Below, piece after piece: positions 9,848-20,496 of a stretch of DNA of 64,000 nucleotides. The notes under the pieces were generated by a model. It was given only the letters and a program-made list of their open reading frames with translations. It made no database searches and was not told the origin of the DNA. The translations under genes and the position numbers were made by a program. The stretch comes from Candidatus Latescibacterota bacterium (GTDB lineage: Bacteria > Latescibacterota > UBA2968 > GCA-2709665): contig OZ244937.1 of assembly GCA_965222075.1 (NCBI GenBank), positions 1,792,001-1,856,000 of the forward strand. Reading direction: 5' to 3'. Within the stretch, counting starts at the first letter, position 1. Each line of letters opens with the position of its first letter.

Positions 9848-11221
9848 TCATGCCTGATCAAAAAACGTCATATATGGCTTCCCGTCCATCTCCCGCATCA
9901 AAAGCAGCGCCAGCTCCATTGCATGGTAGTCCCCCCACATGGACGACTCTCCGTTGGGCACCCCCTGCCCCGGCTGCACGTGATCCCACCCGTTCGGACG
10001 GTGGTAAATCGAATGCAGGATCAACCCCTGGTGCCCTTCGTCCTTCGAGAGGTAGGGCGGCGCAAACAGCGTATCGGCAACCATCAGCGCGGCCTGCCGA
10101 TACCGGGCCCCTTCCTCGCCCCCCAGGTATTTCCCCAGGCGGTAGAGCCCCTGCCCCGCAATCGCCGCGGCCGAACTGTCCACCGGCTCATAGGTGTTGT
10201 ACGGATCGGCAGGCCGCCCCTGCCAATCTCCCATTTGCGCCAGGCCCGGCGCTCCCGTATCCCAATAGGGGATGCCGTCTGCCGCAGCCGCCTGGTCAAT
10301 GTAGAAATCCGCTGTCGCCCGGGCGGCCTTCAGCATAAACGCTCTGATCCCCGCCCGCCCCCCGTAAATGTCCAGCTCCGCATCGGACAGAACCTCTAAG
10401 AACTCCAGCAACTCGGCATACCCCGTCACCATCCATGCCAGCCCCCGCGTCCACGTCGAAAACGGAGAATATCCCTGCTGCGTGCTGGGACATCGATAGT
10501 TGCCGTCGTTCAAATTGAAAATCGACTCGTGCACCACCCGCCCCCGCACATCGTACGCGTCCCGTCCCTCTCCGTAATAGACGTTAAACCGGGCCGTCGT
10601 ATCTGCATGGTGGACCAGGCGTTCCAGCAGAGAAATCACACGGTCGTTCTCCCCCATCAGCACGTGCCCAAGCTGGTGCCCCACCCCCAGCGCCCGACAG
10701 GACCGGATCGTATCGGAAAACAGCGAGTGCGGCCCGTTAAACGAAGGAATGTAGCCCTTCCCGTTTTTGATCGCAGTCCAGCGGGCCGCCTGCACCGCCC
10801 CGGAGGCCTTCAGCCCCAACTCGTAAAAATGGCGCTCCCAGGCATCTTCCCGGATCGCCCCCTCCCGCATCAGCCGCCGCAAATTTCCGTAAGTGGACAC
10901 ATTGTTGAACCCGTGGTCGTGCACGCCCACGTGGGTCAGGTGTGAGGCCATCCGTTCCAGCGTCCCCTTCCGGCCGATTGCCAAAAACTGCTCGTCCCCC
11001 GACACCTCAAACTGCAAAATCGAGCACCCGAACCGGAACCCCTGCGTCCACTCGGTCCAGCCCCGGGTCGTATAGGTCCCCCCAACCGTAAACACCGGCG
11101 TCCCCCGGCTTGCATCCCACGAGGCCTCAATCGAGAGAACCTTCTTCCCCGCCAGATCAAAGAGGTCGTCCAGCTTCCTCTTCAAATCGCCGATCCGGAT
11201 CGCTTCATTCACCTGCATCAC
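9848..11221 (-). CDS. Glycoside hydrolase family 88-like (unsaturated glucuronyl hydrolase-like)
   Basis: WTEWTQGF, HDHGF, QGYSPFSTWTRGLAW, DSSAAAIA, WGDYH. Confidence 0.8.
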   Translation of the reverse strand: MMQVNEAIRIGDLKRKLDDLFDLAGKKVLSIEASWDASRGTPVFTVGGTYTTRGWTEWTQGFRFGCSILQFEVSGDEQFLAIGRKGTLERMASHLTHVGVHDHGFNNVSTYGNLRRLMREGAIREDAWERHFYELGLKASGAVQAARWTAIKNGKGYIPSFNGPHSLFSDTIRSCRALGVGHQLGHVLMGENDRVISLLERLVHHADTTARFNVYYGEGRDAYDVRGRVVHESIFNLNDGNYRCPSTQQGYSPFSTWTRGLAWMVTGYAELLEFLEVLSDAELDIYGGRAGIRAFMLKAARATADFYIDQAAAADGIPYWDTGAPGLAQMGDWQGRPADPYNTYEPVDSSAAAIAGQGLYRLGKYLGGEEGARYRQAALMVADTLFAPPYLSKDEGHQGLILHSIYHRPNGWDHVQPGQGVPNGESSMWGDYHAMELALLLMREMDGKPYMTFFDQA

Positions 11222-11292
11222 GATGCTTCCCCAAAAACAGTTCCAGGGTGCAGGTTAGCGTCAGATATACGGAAAACCAGGAACCCGGAACT

Positions 11293-12087
11293 TTAAATTT
11301 CAACCACCTGCCCATCATAAGCCAGTGCAACGTTGTCGGGCAGATCGATGCCCTGTTCCGCGCACTGTTCCGGAAAGGTGCGGTGGTCCAGCCGGTGCAT
11401 AATATGTGTCAGATACGTCTGCCTGGGTCCCAGCCGGTCTGATATTTCTACAGCCTCCCCCACCGAAAGGTGTGTGGGGTGCCGTGGATTAAAACTGAGA
11501 CCGTCGATAATCAGCACCTCCACCCCCTGCAGCAGGTCCAGGGAAGACGCCGGCATTTGCTTCACATCGGGCACATATCCCAAAACGCCAATGCGGTACC
11601 CGTATGTGGTGACCGCCCCGTGCGCCACGGGAATCGGGAGGCACTCGACACTGTAGACCTCAAAACAGGAAGACACCGCCTGCGGGATCAGGTGGGCCAC
11701 GCCGCCGCCCCGGTAGGCCTCCCTGGAAAACATATAGTCGTAATTCTTCCGGAGCACACGCATCGTCTCTTCGGGGCCGTAGATCGGCATGTCCATCTCC
11801 TGCTTCCGGCAGGGCATCACCAGGTCGTTCGTCCCGCTGATGTGGTCCGCGTGGCAGTGGGTGTAAACCACCGCATCGATCCGGTCCACGCCGTTCCGGT
11901 CGATCTGGTCTAAGAAATTCGGCCCCGTATCCACCTGCAGGTGCGCCCCATCCGTCTCAATATGAATCGACGGCCGGGTGCGGTTATTTTTTGACCCTGG
12001 CTGCCGCGCGTCTTGACATGTCTCGCAGACACACCGGTACTCCGGCACACCAGTGGATGTCCCGGAGCCGAGAACGGTGAGTTTCAT
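11293..12087 (-). CDS. MBL-fold metallo-hydrolase (PhnP/YycJ-like)
   Basis: LGSGTSTGVP, THCHADH, LAYDG; start at MKLTVLG. Confidence 0.88.
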   Translation of the reverse strand: MKLTVLGSGTSTGVPEYRCVCETCQDARQPGSKNNRTRPSIHIETDGAHLQVDTGPNFLDQIDRNGVDRIDAVVYTHCHADHISGTNDLVMPCRKQEMDMPIYGPEETMRVLRKNYDYMFSREAYRGGGVAHLIPQAVSSCFEVYSVECLPIPVAHGAVTTYGYRIGVLGYVPDVKQMPASSLDLLQGVEVLIIDGLSFNPRHPTHLSVGEAVEISDRLGPRQTYLTHIMHRLDHRTFPEQCAEQGIDLPDNVALAYDGQVVEI

Positions 12088-13058
12088 ACCTTCCCCTTGA
12101 CCCCCTCTGCAATCGCCTCGCACATCTCCATCGTCTTCACCAGATCCTCCAAGCTGCTCCAGGGCGTTTGATCCTCGCGGATGCACGTCACAAAATGCCT
12201 CGTCTCATTGAAATCCGGCCCGCCCACCGCATCTAAGTCCAGAAGGCCCTCCCGGGGTTTTCCATCGGCGTAAAGCTCATACTTCGGCTCGCCCGTCAGA
12301 TCCAGGTACGCCGAAAAATCCTCCGCGTGGACCTCCGCCCGCTGAATCCGGAACCCCACGCCGTAGTGGCTCATCATCACACCCCGGCAGCCGGTCTCAA
12401 ACAGGACCGTCGCATCATACCGAACACTACCCGGCCGCTCCCCCTGCCACGACTCCGCATACACCTCCGTCGGGTCCGCTGCCGTTTCCAGGGCCGGCCC
12501 CGCCAGCCACCGCAGCAGGTCCACGTGGTGGATGGCGTCACAGATGATCGGGGCCGGGGCAATCCCCGCCATCTCCGGTGTTCCCAGGCTTGTCAGCGGC
12601 TTGTTGTACGTGGCCGCCACGTGGACCGCGCCTCCACGCTCCAGAATCAACCGCTTCGTCGCCAGCACCTCGGGCTTGTACCGGCGGTTCACCGAGACAA
12701 TCGCCTTTCCCCGGCTCCGCGCCGAAGCCTCCAGCATCTGCCTGGCATCCTGCGAGGACATCCCCACCGGCTTCTCGATCGAGATGTGCAGCCCCCGCTC
12801 CAGACAGTCCAGCACGATGGGGGTCAGATGCCCCGGCATCGTCACGGCGTAGACCATGTCCAGATCACAGGTGTCGAGCATCTCCCGGTAATCTGTGAAC
12901 CCGTGCTTCGGACCGTGTGCCTCCCGGGCCTTTGCCAGGCGGGCGGGGTCAATCTCCGCCACCGCCACCAGCTCCATCTCCGGCTCGGCCGCGATCATGG
13001 CAAAATGGCTCTGTGCATGGCCCCCCGCTCCAATCATCCCAACGCGCAACCGCTCCAT
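12084..13058 (-). CDS. Gfo/Idh/MocA family oxidoreductase
   Basis: IGAGGHA Rossmann motif, EKP, DAIHHVD. Confidence 0.88.
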   Translation of the reverse strand: MERLRVGMIGAGGHAQSHFAMIAAEPEMELVAVAEIDPARLAKAREAHGPKHGFTDYREMLDTCDLDMVYAVTMPGHLTPIVLDCLERGLHISIEKPVGMSSQDARQMLEASARSRGKAIVSVNRRYKPEVLATKRLILERGGAVHVAATYNKPLTSLGTPEMAGIAPAPIICDAIHHVDLLRWLAGPALETAADPTEVYAESWQGERPGSVRYDATVLFETGCRGVMMSHYGVGFRIQRAEVHAEDFSAYLDLTGEPKYELYADGKPREGLLDLDAVGGPDFNETRHFVTCIREDQTPWSSLEDLVKTMEMCEAIAEGVKGKV

Positions 13059-13386
13059 GGCATCCCTCCAAAAGCGTTAAGTCTGCCGGGTCTTCTCGGC
13101 GTCGTTTTCCCGGCGCCCCCGATATGTTCCACCATCGTTCTCATAAACCCTCAACCGGAGTCCCTCATCCCCTCCTGCCAAAAATCACACCCGAAAGATA
13201 TCTATGCCCGCCTGGTATGTCCAGCAGATTTCTAAGCCAGGCCCAAAGGCCTGGACAAACCGGAACGGAAAGGCGAACAATCATACTTGATATTTGTCCG
13301 ATTTTGGTCTAAATTATGGTTCAATTCAGGCAACACCCAGGTTACCCCATTCTATTTGTGTCCATCCATGTCCGGTTGTTTTTTCG

Positions 13387-14133
13387 ATGATCAAAGTCGA
13401 ATCCGTCACCAAAACCTACGGCAATATTACAGCCGTCCAGACCGTCAGCTTCACCCTCAAACCGGACGAAATCGTCGGCTTTGTGGGCCCCAACGGCGCA
13501 GGCAAGAGCACCGTTCTCAAGATGCTCTCCACCTTTATCTACCCCACCAAAGGCACTATCACCGTCGACGGTTTAGACGTGGTAGAACACGCCCTTGCCG
13601 TGCGCCGCAGAATCGGCTACCTCTCCGGCGACACCCCGCTCTACCAGGGCATGCGGGTGGACAAATTCCTCCGGTTTATCGGGCAGGCCCGCGGCCTTTG
13701 CGGTAAGCTGTTGAAAAAGCAGTTCGACTGGGTCGTAGACGTCTGCGGCATCGAGGAAGTCCTCTTCAAACGTGTCAACCAGTGCTCCACCGGCTTCCGC
13801 CAGCGCATCGGACTGGCCACCGCCCTCATCCACGATCCCCCTATTCTCCTGCTTGATGAACCCACCCACGGCTTCGACCCGCTCCAGGTGCTCGTCTTCC
13901 GCGACATGTTGCGCAGCCTCAGCCCCAACCGCGTCACCCTCTTCAGCACCCACATCATCCAGGAGGTGGCCGCCATCGGCGACCGGGTGATGCTCATCAA
14001 CAACGGCCGCCTGCTCGCGGACGACCAGCCGGAGGGTCTGGCGGAAAAAACCGGCCTGTCGGCCGACAACCTGGAAGGCATCTTCGCCCATCTCGTGCGG
14101 CAATCGGAGCAAACGGAGGCACCCCGTGCCTGA
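13387..14133 (+). CDS. ABC transporter ATP-binding protein (GldA-like)
   Basis: GPNGAGKST, LLDEPT; degenerate signature CSTG. Confidence 0.88.
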   Translation: MIKVESVTKTYGNITAVQTVSFTLKPDEIVGFVGPNGAGKSTVLKMLSTFIYPTKGTITVDGLDVVEHALAVRRRIGYLSGDTPLYQGMRVDKFLRFIGQARGLCGKLLKKQFDWVVDVCGIEEVLFKRVNQCSTGFRQRIGLATALIHDPPILLLDEPTHGFDPLQVLVFRDMLRSLSPNRVTLFSTHIIQEVAAIGDRVMLINNGRLLADDQPEGLAEKTGLSADNLEGIFAHLVRQSEQTEAPRA

Positions 14134-14893
14134 CCTGGACCGCCTGTCCCTGAAGGAACTCATCCACGGCGTCCGGGTCGTTACTGCGCGGGAGTTGGAA
14201 GCCTATTTCGATGCGCCCATCGCCTACATCTATGCCACCGTCTTCTCAGTCCTCTCCTGCTCGGCCTTCATGAACGCCTTCTTCCTCAACGGCTTCATTG
14301 ACATGGCCCCCTACTTCGACCTCCTCCCCTTCCTCCTCATCCCATTCGTCCCTGCCATCACCATGCGCATCTGGGCGGAGGAACGGGCGCACAATACCTT
14401 CGAACTGTTGATGACCCTGCCCATGCAGCCCTTCCAGATCGTCCTGGGAAAATACCTGGCTGCCCTCTGCTTCTACCTCATCGTGCTCTCAGGCAGTCTG
14501 CCCATTACCGCCATGCTTCTCTACCTGGGCGATCCGGACCTGGGGCTCATCCTGGCCAGCTACGCAGGCGCCGTCCTCTTAGGCGCGTTCTTTCTCGCCT
14601 CCGGCCTCTTCGTCTCAGGCCTCACCCGGGACCAGATCGTCGCCTTCGCCCTGGGCGCCCTGCTCTGCTTCCTCTTCGTCTTCAGCGGCCACGAAAAGGT
14701 CGTCGAAGTCCTGGACGGCCTCGCCCCAACCCGGCAGATCGGCACAACCCTCTATGAATCCGTCTCCGTTATGCCCCACTACGAGGCCTTCTGCCGTGGC
14801 CTCATCGGCCTGCCCCACACCCTCTACTTTGTGTTGATGAGCGCCTTCTTCATCTGGATGAACGAGAGGACGCTGAAACAGAGCAAATACTGA
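14126..14893 (+). CDS. ABC-2 permease (GldF-like)
   Basis: PAITMRIWAEE..TFELLMTLP..IVLGKY, SGLTRDQIVA. Confidence 0.88.
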   Translation: MPDLDRLSLKELIHGVRVVTARELEAYFDAPIAYIYATVFSVLSCSAFMNAFFLNGFIDMAPYFDLLPFLLIPFVPAITMRIWAEERAHNTFELLMTLPMQPFQIVLGKYLAALCFYLIVLSGSLPITAMLLYLGDPDLGLILASYAGAVLLGAFFLASGLFVSGLTRDQIVAFALGALLCFLFVFSGHEKVVEVLDGLAPTRQIGTTLYESVSVMPHYEAFCRGLIGLPHTLYFVLMSAFFIWMNERTLKQSKY

Positions 14894-14908
14894 AAACACG
14901 AGGGGTGC

Positions 14909-17900
14909 ATGACCCCCAGACCAGACCGCCGCTTCCTGTTCAAAACAGCCCTGCTTTTCCTCCTGCTCCTGTTCGTCGTCGTCCACGCCGGCCGCATCCT
15001 CACCCGCCTGGGCGGTCGGGAGACCGCCTTCCTCTCCCCCCGGACCGAAGCCTTCCTCTCACAGCTTCAGGCGCCGCTCTCGGCCACCTACTTCGTCTCG
15101 GCCAGGGGAAAAATGCCCTCCCACCTCAAAGGCGTGGAGGCCTCGGTCCGGGGTCTGCTGGAAGCGCTGAAGGCCCGGGCGCCCGAACGGGTTGACGTGC
15201 GGATCATCGATCCGGAGACGAGCGGACAGTCGGGCATCGCCTATGCCTCACGCAAGAAGGCCTCCCCTTTCAGTGTGCGCAGCATCCACCGGGACGAACA
15301 CAGCGAGCAGGTGGTCTGGTCCTCTCTGGTCCTCTCGTACGCCCGGCATCCGGACATCCTGATCCAGGGCATCACCCCGGCCGACCTGCCCTATCTGGAA
15401 GACCTCATCGTTCAGAACCTGAAGGCCCTGGACAGACCGGTCCGGCCCACAATCGCCGTCTCCGCGCCGCCGCCCTTCCGGCTCCTGTCCGACCACCTCG
15501 AAGAATACGGCCGCGTCGTCCGGATCGACCTCGACCGCATCCCCCGCATCCCCCCCGAAGCCGACATCCTGTTCTGGGTCCAGCCCGCGCGGATTACGCC
15601 CCAACACCTGGGGGAGTTTCAACGGTTCGTGGCTGCCGGCCGTACCGCCGTCCTGGCCGGCAGCGCGTACACCGTGGACTACGAAAAGGGGAACGCCGGT
15701 GAAATCCGTTACCGGACCTACCCCCTGTCCCCGGCCTGGGAAACCCTGCTCTCCCCCCTGGGGCTGCGCCCTCAGCCGGACCTCCTGATGGACAAAAGCA
15801 GCGGCCCCGTCCTCTGGCAGGATGCCCGCGGCACGGTCCACCAGATCGATGCCCCCTTCCACCTCCGCTGCCTGCCGGGGTTCTACACCCTGAAAAACTT
15901 CCTCGCCCCGGCCAGGGGCGCGCTCAACTTCGTTGCGGCCAGCCCCCTGCAGATCAACCCCAAACGGGCCACCGGATTCCAGGTTGAAACCCTGGGCACC
16001 ACCACCGGCGATGCCTGGGTGAGCGCCCTCCCTCACGCACCTTTTACCAGCGCGGCGCTGGCGCTCAAGGTCGGAAAACAGAACCTCATGGTCCTTCTCA
16101 AACCGGAGGATGCCTGGAGGGGCCAGGTTCTCGTCCTGGCCAGTTCCAGCCCCTTCCGGGACGGCATTCTCAACCAGCCCGGGTACGCGCACCGGGTCTT
16201 TCTCCGGACCCTGATGCGCACCTTCACCGACCCCCGGCGTCTGGTGCGTGGGCGCATCGAACGGCCCACGCCGCAGGCCATTCCGCCTCTCAGCGCCCTT
16301 GCACGGTTCACCTGGCGGGTCGTCGTCATCTTTCTGATCCCCTTCGGCCTGCTTGCCCTGGGCATCCGGCGCTACGTTGCGGGAGGCGGATGCCGGACTG
16401 CGCTCGGAGGCATCGGCCGAATACCTGTTCACATCGCCGCCGCCCTGGCGGCCATCTGCCTGGGAACGCTGGTGTGGAAAGGCGGCATCGGCATCGACCT
16501 CACCCGGGATGCGGCCAACACCCCCCTGCCCCAGACGCGCCGGCTCCTGTCCGGGCGCGGTGGAGACCTCCGGGCGGAACTTGTCATGTCCTCCAGAGCC
16601 TCCCTGCCCGCATCCATGAAATCCCTCGAAGCCGCTGTCCGCGCCCGGCTCCGCGACCTCGGCATTCCCTCCCGAACCCTCCGTCCGGAAACGCTCTCCG
16701 AGGCGGACCGGGCATCCCTGAACGCGTCGGGCCTCCGGCCCTTCGAGGTACAAACCGTGCGCAACGACTCGGTCGTCTCCCTGCAGATATGGAGCGGCCT
16801 TCGGCTCTACCGGAGGCAGGAGGTGGCCGTCATCCCCCGACTGGACGCCCACACCCTGGACCACCTCGAATTCCTGCTGGCCGCCGCGGTGCGCCGCATC
16901 CGGACCGGCAGGGCGCCCCACGTGGCCGCCATCGCGGAAACGCCCCGGCTGTCCCCCGCCGAGGCATACACGGACTACGACCAGAAAGGGCTCATCCCCC
17001 CCAAAGGAGCGGATGTCTACAGCGAGGTGAAACAGCTTCTGCGCACCTATGGATACCGGGTCTCCTACATCAATCCGCAGGCCCCCCACCTTCCGGAAGG
17101 CACCGATGTACTCCTCTATCTGCAGCCCCGCCGCGACGCCAGCCGTGCGATCCGCCTGCTGAGCCGGCACCTGACGGCCGGACGCAGCGCGATCGTCGCG
17201 CTCCAGCACTTCAACATCCAGCAACGCCAGTACCCCGGCACCGGGTTCCAGACCGTATACTGGCCCCAGCCCCAGTTCCAGGATCTGGACCGCTACCTGC
17301 GGCTGTTTGGTGTGGAGCAGGTCCGCGAAGTCCTGATGGATCGAACCCGATCCCACCTGAATCTGGAAACGCAGATCAACCGGCGGACGGTCCGGGAGTA
17401 CGAGGGCCAGGAAGTCGCCCTCCCCTTCCTGATCCGGACGGTGAACGTGAACTTCACCCGCGAATCCCCCATCACCCGTCACCTCGGAAGCCAGCTCTTC
17501 ATCTGGGGCAACCGATTCGCCCTGGACGCCTCGCGGCTGGCCGAATTGGACCTGTCAGCCCGGGTGCTGATCGCCACCTCCGATCAGACCTGGTCCTATT
17601 TCTGGAAAGGCGGATGGCTACCCGAGGAAATCTTCGAGCCCCGGAACTATCTACCAGGCCCCCAGCCGCTGTCCGTACTGCTGCACGGCAAATTCCCCCC
17701 GGTCAAACTTCAGGAACGCGCAGGCAGAAAAACGGCGCTGGCGCTCCAGACCGCCGCACCCGTTCAGCCGGAAGGCGCCCTGCTCCTGATCGGCTGTTCG
17801 GAGATGTTCAAAAACGATTACCTCTATGCGCCTGATTTCCAGCACGACCAGTTCCTCCTGAACGCCCTTGCGAATGCGGCCTACGGCCCCGAAATGGCCC

Positions 17901-18061
17901 AACTCCAGGCCCGGCGCGCAACCGCTCCCGGCTTTGCCTTTCAAACCCCGCGGAGCAAGGCCTTCTGGCGGCTCACCGTCGTAGGCGCCGGCCCCCTGCT
18001 CATCCTCCTGTACGGTCTGCAGCGTTATGTGAGACATCGCAGAGAGACGAACCCCAATTGA
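14909..18061 (+). CDS. GldG-like ABC auxiliary protein with two tandem GldG-type modules
   Basis: Follows gldA/gldF-like genes; two internally similar halves (PF.VR/V..WS.L...IP; L.S...F....L..P...H..FL) each ending in a TM helix. Confidence 0.7.
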   Translation: MTPRPDRRFLFKTALLFLLLLFVVVHAGRILTRLGGRETAFLSPRTEAFLSQLQAPLSATYFVSARGKMPSHLKGVEASVRGLLEALKARAPERVDVRIIDPETSGQSGIAYASRKKASPFSVRSIHRDEHSEQVVWSSLVLSYARHPDILIQGITPADLPYLEDLIVQNLKALDRPVRPTIAVSAPPPFRLLSDHLEEYGRVVRIDLDRIPRIPPEADILFWVQPARITPQHLGEFQRFVAAGRTAVLAGSAYTVDYEKGNAGEIRYRTYPLSPAWETLLSPLGLRPQPDLLMDKSSGPVLWQDARGTVHQIDAPFHLRCLPGFYTLKNFLAPARGALNFVAASPLQINPKRATGFQVETLGTTTGDAWVSALPHAPFTSAALALKVGKQNLMVLLKPEDAWRGQVLVLASSSPFRDGILNQPGYAHRVFLRTLMRTFTDPRRLVRGRIERPTPQAIPPLSALARFTWRVVVIFLIPFGLLALGIRRYVAGGGCRTALGGIGRIPVHIAAALAAICLGTLVWKGGIGIDLTRDAANTPLPQTRRLLSGRGGDLRAELVMSSRASLPASMKSLEAAVRARLRDLGIPSRTLRPETLSEADRASLNASGLRPFEVQTVRNDSVVSLQIWSGLRLYRRQEVAVIPRLDAHTLDHLEFLLAAAVRRIRTGRAPHVAAIAETPRLSPAEAYTDYDQKGLIPPKGADVYSEVKQLLRTYGYRVSYINPQAPHLPEGTDVLLYLQPRRDASRAIRLLSRHLTAGRSAIVALQHFNIQQRQYPGTGFQTVYWPQPQFQDLDRYLRLFGVEQVREVLMDRTRSHLNLETQINRRTVREYEGQEVALPFLIRTVNVNFTRESPITRHLGSQLFIWGNRFALDASRLAELDLSARVLIATSDQTWSYFWKGGWLPEEIFEPRNYLPGPQPLSVLLHGKFPPVKLQERAGRKTALALQTAAPVQPEGALLLIGCSEMFKNDYLYAPDFQHDQFLLNALANAAYGPEMAQLQARRATAPGFAFQTPRSKAFWRLTVVGAGPLLILLYGLQRYVRHRRETNPN

Positions 18062-18097
18062 ATTGCGGATTGAATCCCACCCGGAGGCGGGCAGGCC

Positions 18098-19855
18098 CTA
18101 ACGTATCGTCACTTCCGGCATCTGCAGCACCCCCTGCTCCGCTCCAGGTCCCATCTCTCGGACCAGACGGATAACCGGCTGCACCGCCTTCAGCACACGG
18201 GCCAGAAGCACCGCCGCCCGCGCCTCGCTGCTTCCCAACGCCGGCTCCAGGATCATCTCGATCACCGACCGCTTTTTGGGAAAGACCTTCAGCCTGACCG
18301 GCGCATCCTCGGCAATACCCATCGCCTCCCGGACCCGTTTCAGCGCCGTTGGAAATCCTCCCAGGTCGTCCACCAGCCCCAGGTCCCGCGCATCTTCACC
18401 CGTCCACACCCGCCCCCTGGCCACCTCCAGCACCTTTTGCTTAGACAGATCCCGTCCCTGCGCAACCTTGTCTGTAAAATCGTCGTACACCCGGTCCAGC
18501 CAGGCCTGCAACCGGGTCCACTGCGCCGGGGTGAAATCCTGGTTGCCGGTCCACATCGTGGCATTCTTCCCGGTATGGATCTCATCCCAGGAAAGACCAA
18601 TCTTCTCCCACAGTCCCGAGGTAAGCATCTTCCCCCCCAGCACCCCGATGGAGCCGGTCAGGGTCGCCGGCTGGGCCACAATCCTGTCTGCGGCCATCGC
18701 CACGAAGTACCCGCCCGAGCCCGCCACATCCCCCATGGAGACCACCACCGGTTTGCCCGCCTCCTTTGCGCGAACCGTCTCCCGCCAGATCGCGTCCGAA
18801 GCCACATAGGACCCACCCGGGCTGTCCACACGAAAGAGGATCGCCCTGACCTCTTCGTCCCGAACGGCGGTTCGGAAGGCCCTGGTCACAGTATCCGAGC
18901 CCATCGTCGTGTATTCGGACAGGGGATCGGTCTGGCTCTGGCCGCGCAGCACGGGACCCACCCCGTAGATCAGGGCAACCGTCTCCCCTTCCGTGTGGGG
19001 CCGGCCCGCCCGTTCCAGATAGGTCGACAGGTACAGGAACTCCGCCCCCTCTCCGGCCCGTTCCACCACCCTCTCGTACACCTCGTCCCGGTAGGCCAGG
19101 CCGTCCACCAGGCCCGCGTCCACGGCCTCCTGCCCCAGAAAGGGGCCCCGGTCCACAAGCGCCCGGACCTCCGCTTCGGACAGCCCCCGGACCCGGGCGA
19201 TCCCGCTTACGATCTGTCCGAACAGGGAGGTGATGATCTTCTCCATCGCCTCCCGCTGGGGCTCCGTGTAGGCCTGTTCGGTAAACTGGTTCATCGCGCC
19301 CTTGTACTCGTGGCGGTGGTCCAGCCGGGGAACGATCCCCAGCTTTTCAAGCGTTCCCTTCAAAAAGGGGCTCTCGGCGATCAGGCCGGTCAGCCCCACA
19401 TCGCCCGAAGGCTGCAGGTAGACCTGCTCAAATGCTGTGGCCAGGTAGTAGGCCCCGTTTCCCGGACCGAATTCGCCGAAGGTCTCGGCGTAGGCAACCG
19501 CAGGTTTTCCACTGCTCCGGAAGGCCAGTACAGCGTCCCGGATCTCCTGGATCTGCGCCAGCCCCATCCCCGTCGCCCCCACCCGGGCGATCAGGGCCTC
19601 TACCCTCGCGTCCTCTGATGCCCGTTCCAGGGCCTCCACCACATCACGCACGACCAGGACCTTTGGCCGGATGATCCTGGATAAGGGGTCATCCGGGACA
19701 TACTCCACCAGCGCCCGCTCAAAGTCCACCTCCAGAACCGTCCGGTTGGAAACGTGCCCCTTCCCCCGCAGCAGAACCCCCAGCAACACCCCCAATACCA
19801 GCAACACCGTCACCCCTCCGATCCCCGCGAGGATCTTGATCAGAATCCGTCTCAT
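18098..19855 (-). CDS. sppA: Signal peptide peptidase SppA (67K type)
   Basis: RVDSPGGS, SMGDVAGSGGY, TGSIGV, GRVWTG. Confidence 0.92.
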   Translation of the reverse strand: MRRILIKILAGIGGVTVLLVLGVLLGVLLRGKGHVSNRTVLEVDFERALVEYVPDDPLSRIIRPKVLVVRDVVEALERASEDARVEALIARVGATGMGLAQIQEIRDAVLAFRSSGKPAVAYAETFGEFGPGNGAYYLATAFEQVYLQPSGDVGLTGLIAESPFLKGTLEKLGIVPRLDHRHEYKGAMNQFTEQAYTEPQREAMEKIITSLFGQIVSGIARVRGLSEAEVRALVDRGPFLGQEAVDAGLVDGLAYRDEVYERVVERAGEGAEFLYLSTYLERAGRPHTEGETVALIYGVGPVLRGQSQTDPLSEYTTMGSDTVTRAFRTAVRDEEVRAILFRVDSPGGSYVASDAIWRETVRAKEAGKPVVVSMGDVAGSGGYFVAMAADRIVAQPATLTGSIGVLGGKMLTSGLWEKIGLSWDEIHTGKNATMWTGNQDFTPAQWTRLQAWLDRVYDDFTDKVAQGRDLSKQKVLEVARGRVWTGEDARDLGLVDDLGGFPTALKRVREAMGIAEDAPVRLKVFPKKRSVIEMILEPALGSSEARAAVLLARVLKAVQPVIRLVREMGPGAEQGVLQMPEVTIR

Positions 19856-19931
19856 GAGCCACCTCCAACCGTTTATGATTCACCTCTACCCGGATCGTCC
19901 TTGTCCCCCGAATCCGTTAGCGCAAGTACTA

Positions 19932-20492
19932 TTACAACACCATTTCGACCAGCCCTGCACTCTTCTTATCCAGAGCATCCAGATCGGCCACCTCAAACCG
20001 ATTGCCGTCCACGTCCACAATCATCAGCCGGCGCTCCCCCAGCCACTGGACGTTCTCAGCCACGTCCTTCGCCACAAACTCCCGCCGGCCCCGGTCCGTT
20101 TCCACATCCCAGTAGGACACCCCGAACTCGGTCCGAACAGAAGTCACCTGCACCACCCGGGCGGTCAGGTACCGCTGCTCCAGCTCCTCACGAACCAGAG
20201 GTCGGAAATCCTTCCGGATATCCTGAATATCGTCCACCATGCAGATCACCTCGTCCTTTGCATCCAAGAAGCAGATGTACTTATCCGGTTGTGACAGGGG
20301 CGCCGCACGGACGACCTTGACCTTCAGGTACGAACGGTCCCCTTCAATCGTCATCCGAAGCCGCCAGGCCGGCTCTCGAAACAACCGGATCGCCTTCGGA
20401 TCGACCGCCCCGGGATGCGTCATCTCAATCGGCGTGGGCTTCCACTTCCCATCCACCCTGGAAGGTGAAGCCCCGTTTTTTTCTGTTTCCAT
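19932..20492 (-). CDS. DUF1854-domain protein
   Basis: VVRAAPLSQPD, W.VETDRG, IVDVDGNRF. Confidence 0.82.
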   Translation of the reverse strand: METEKNGASPSRVDGKWKPTPIEMTHPGAVDPKAIRLFREPAWRLRMTIEGDRSYLKVKVVRAAPLSQPDKYICFLDAKDEVICMVDDIQDIRKDFRPLVREELEQRYLTARVVQVTSVRTEFGVSYWDVETDRGRREFVAKDVAENVQWLGERRLMIVDVDGNRFEVADLDALDKKSAGLVEMVL

Positions 20493-20496
20493 AGCG

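Noticed and set aside
15248-17482. 744-aa minus-strand ORF and many other long antisense ORFs (e.g. 3880-5379, 26362-27903, 32779-34095)
   Set aside because: These are shadow frames of well-supported genes in GC-rich DNA, with no recognisable motifs.
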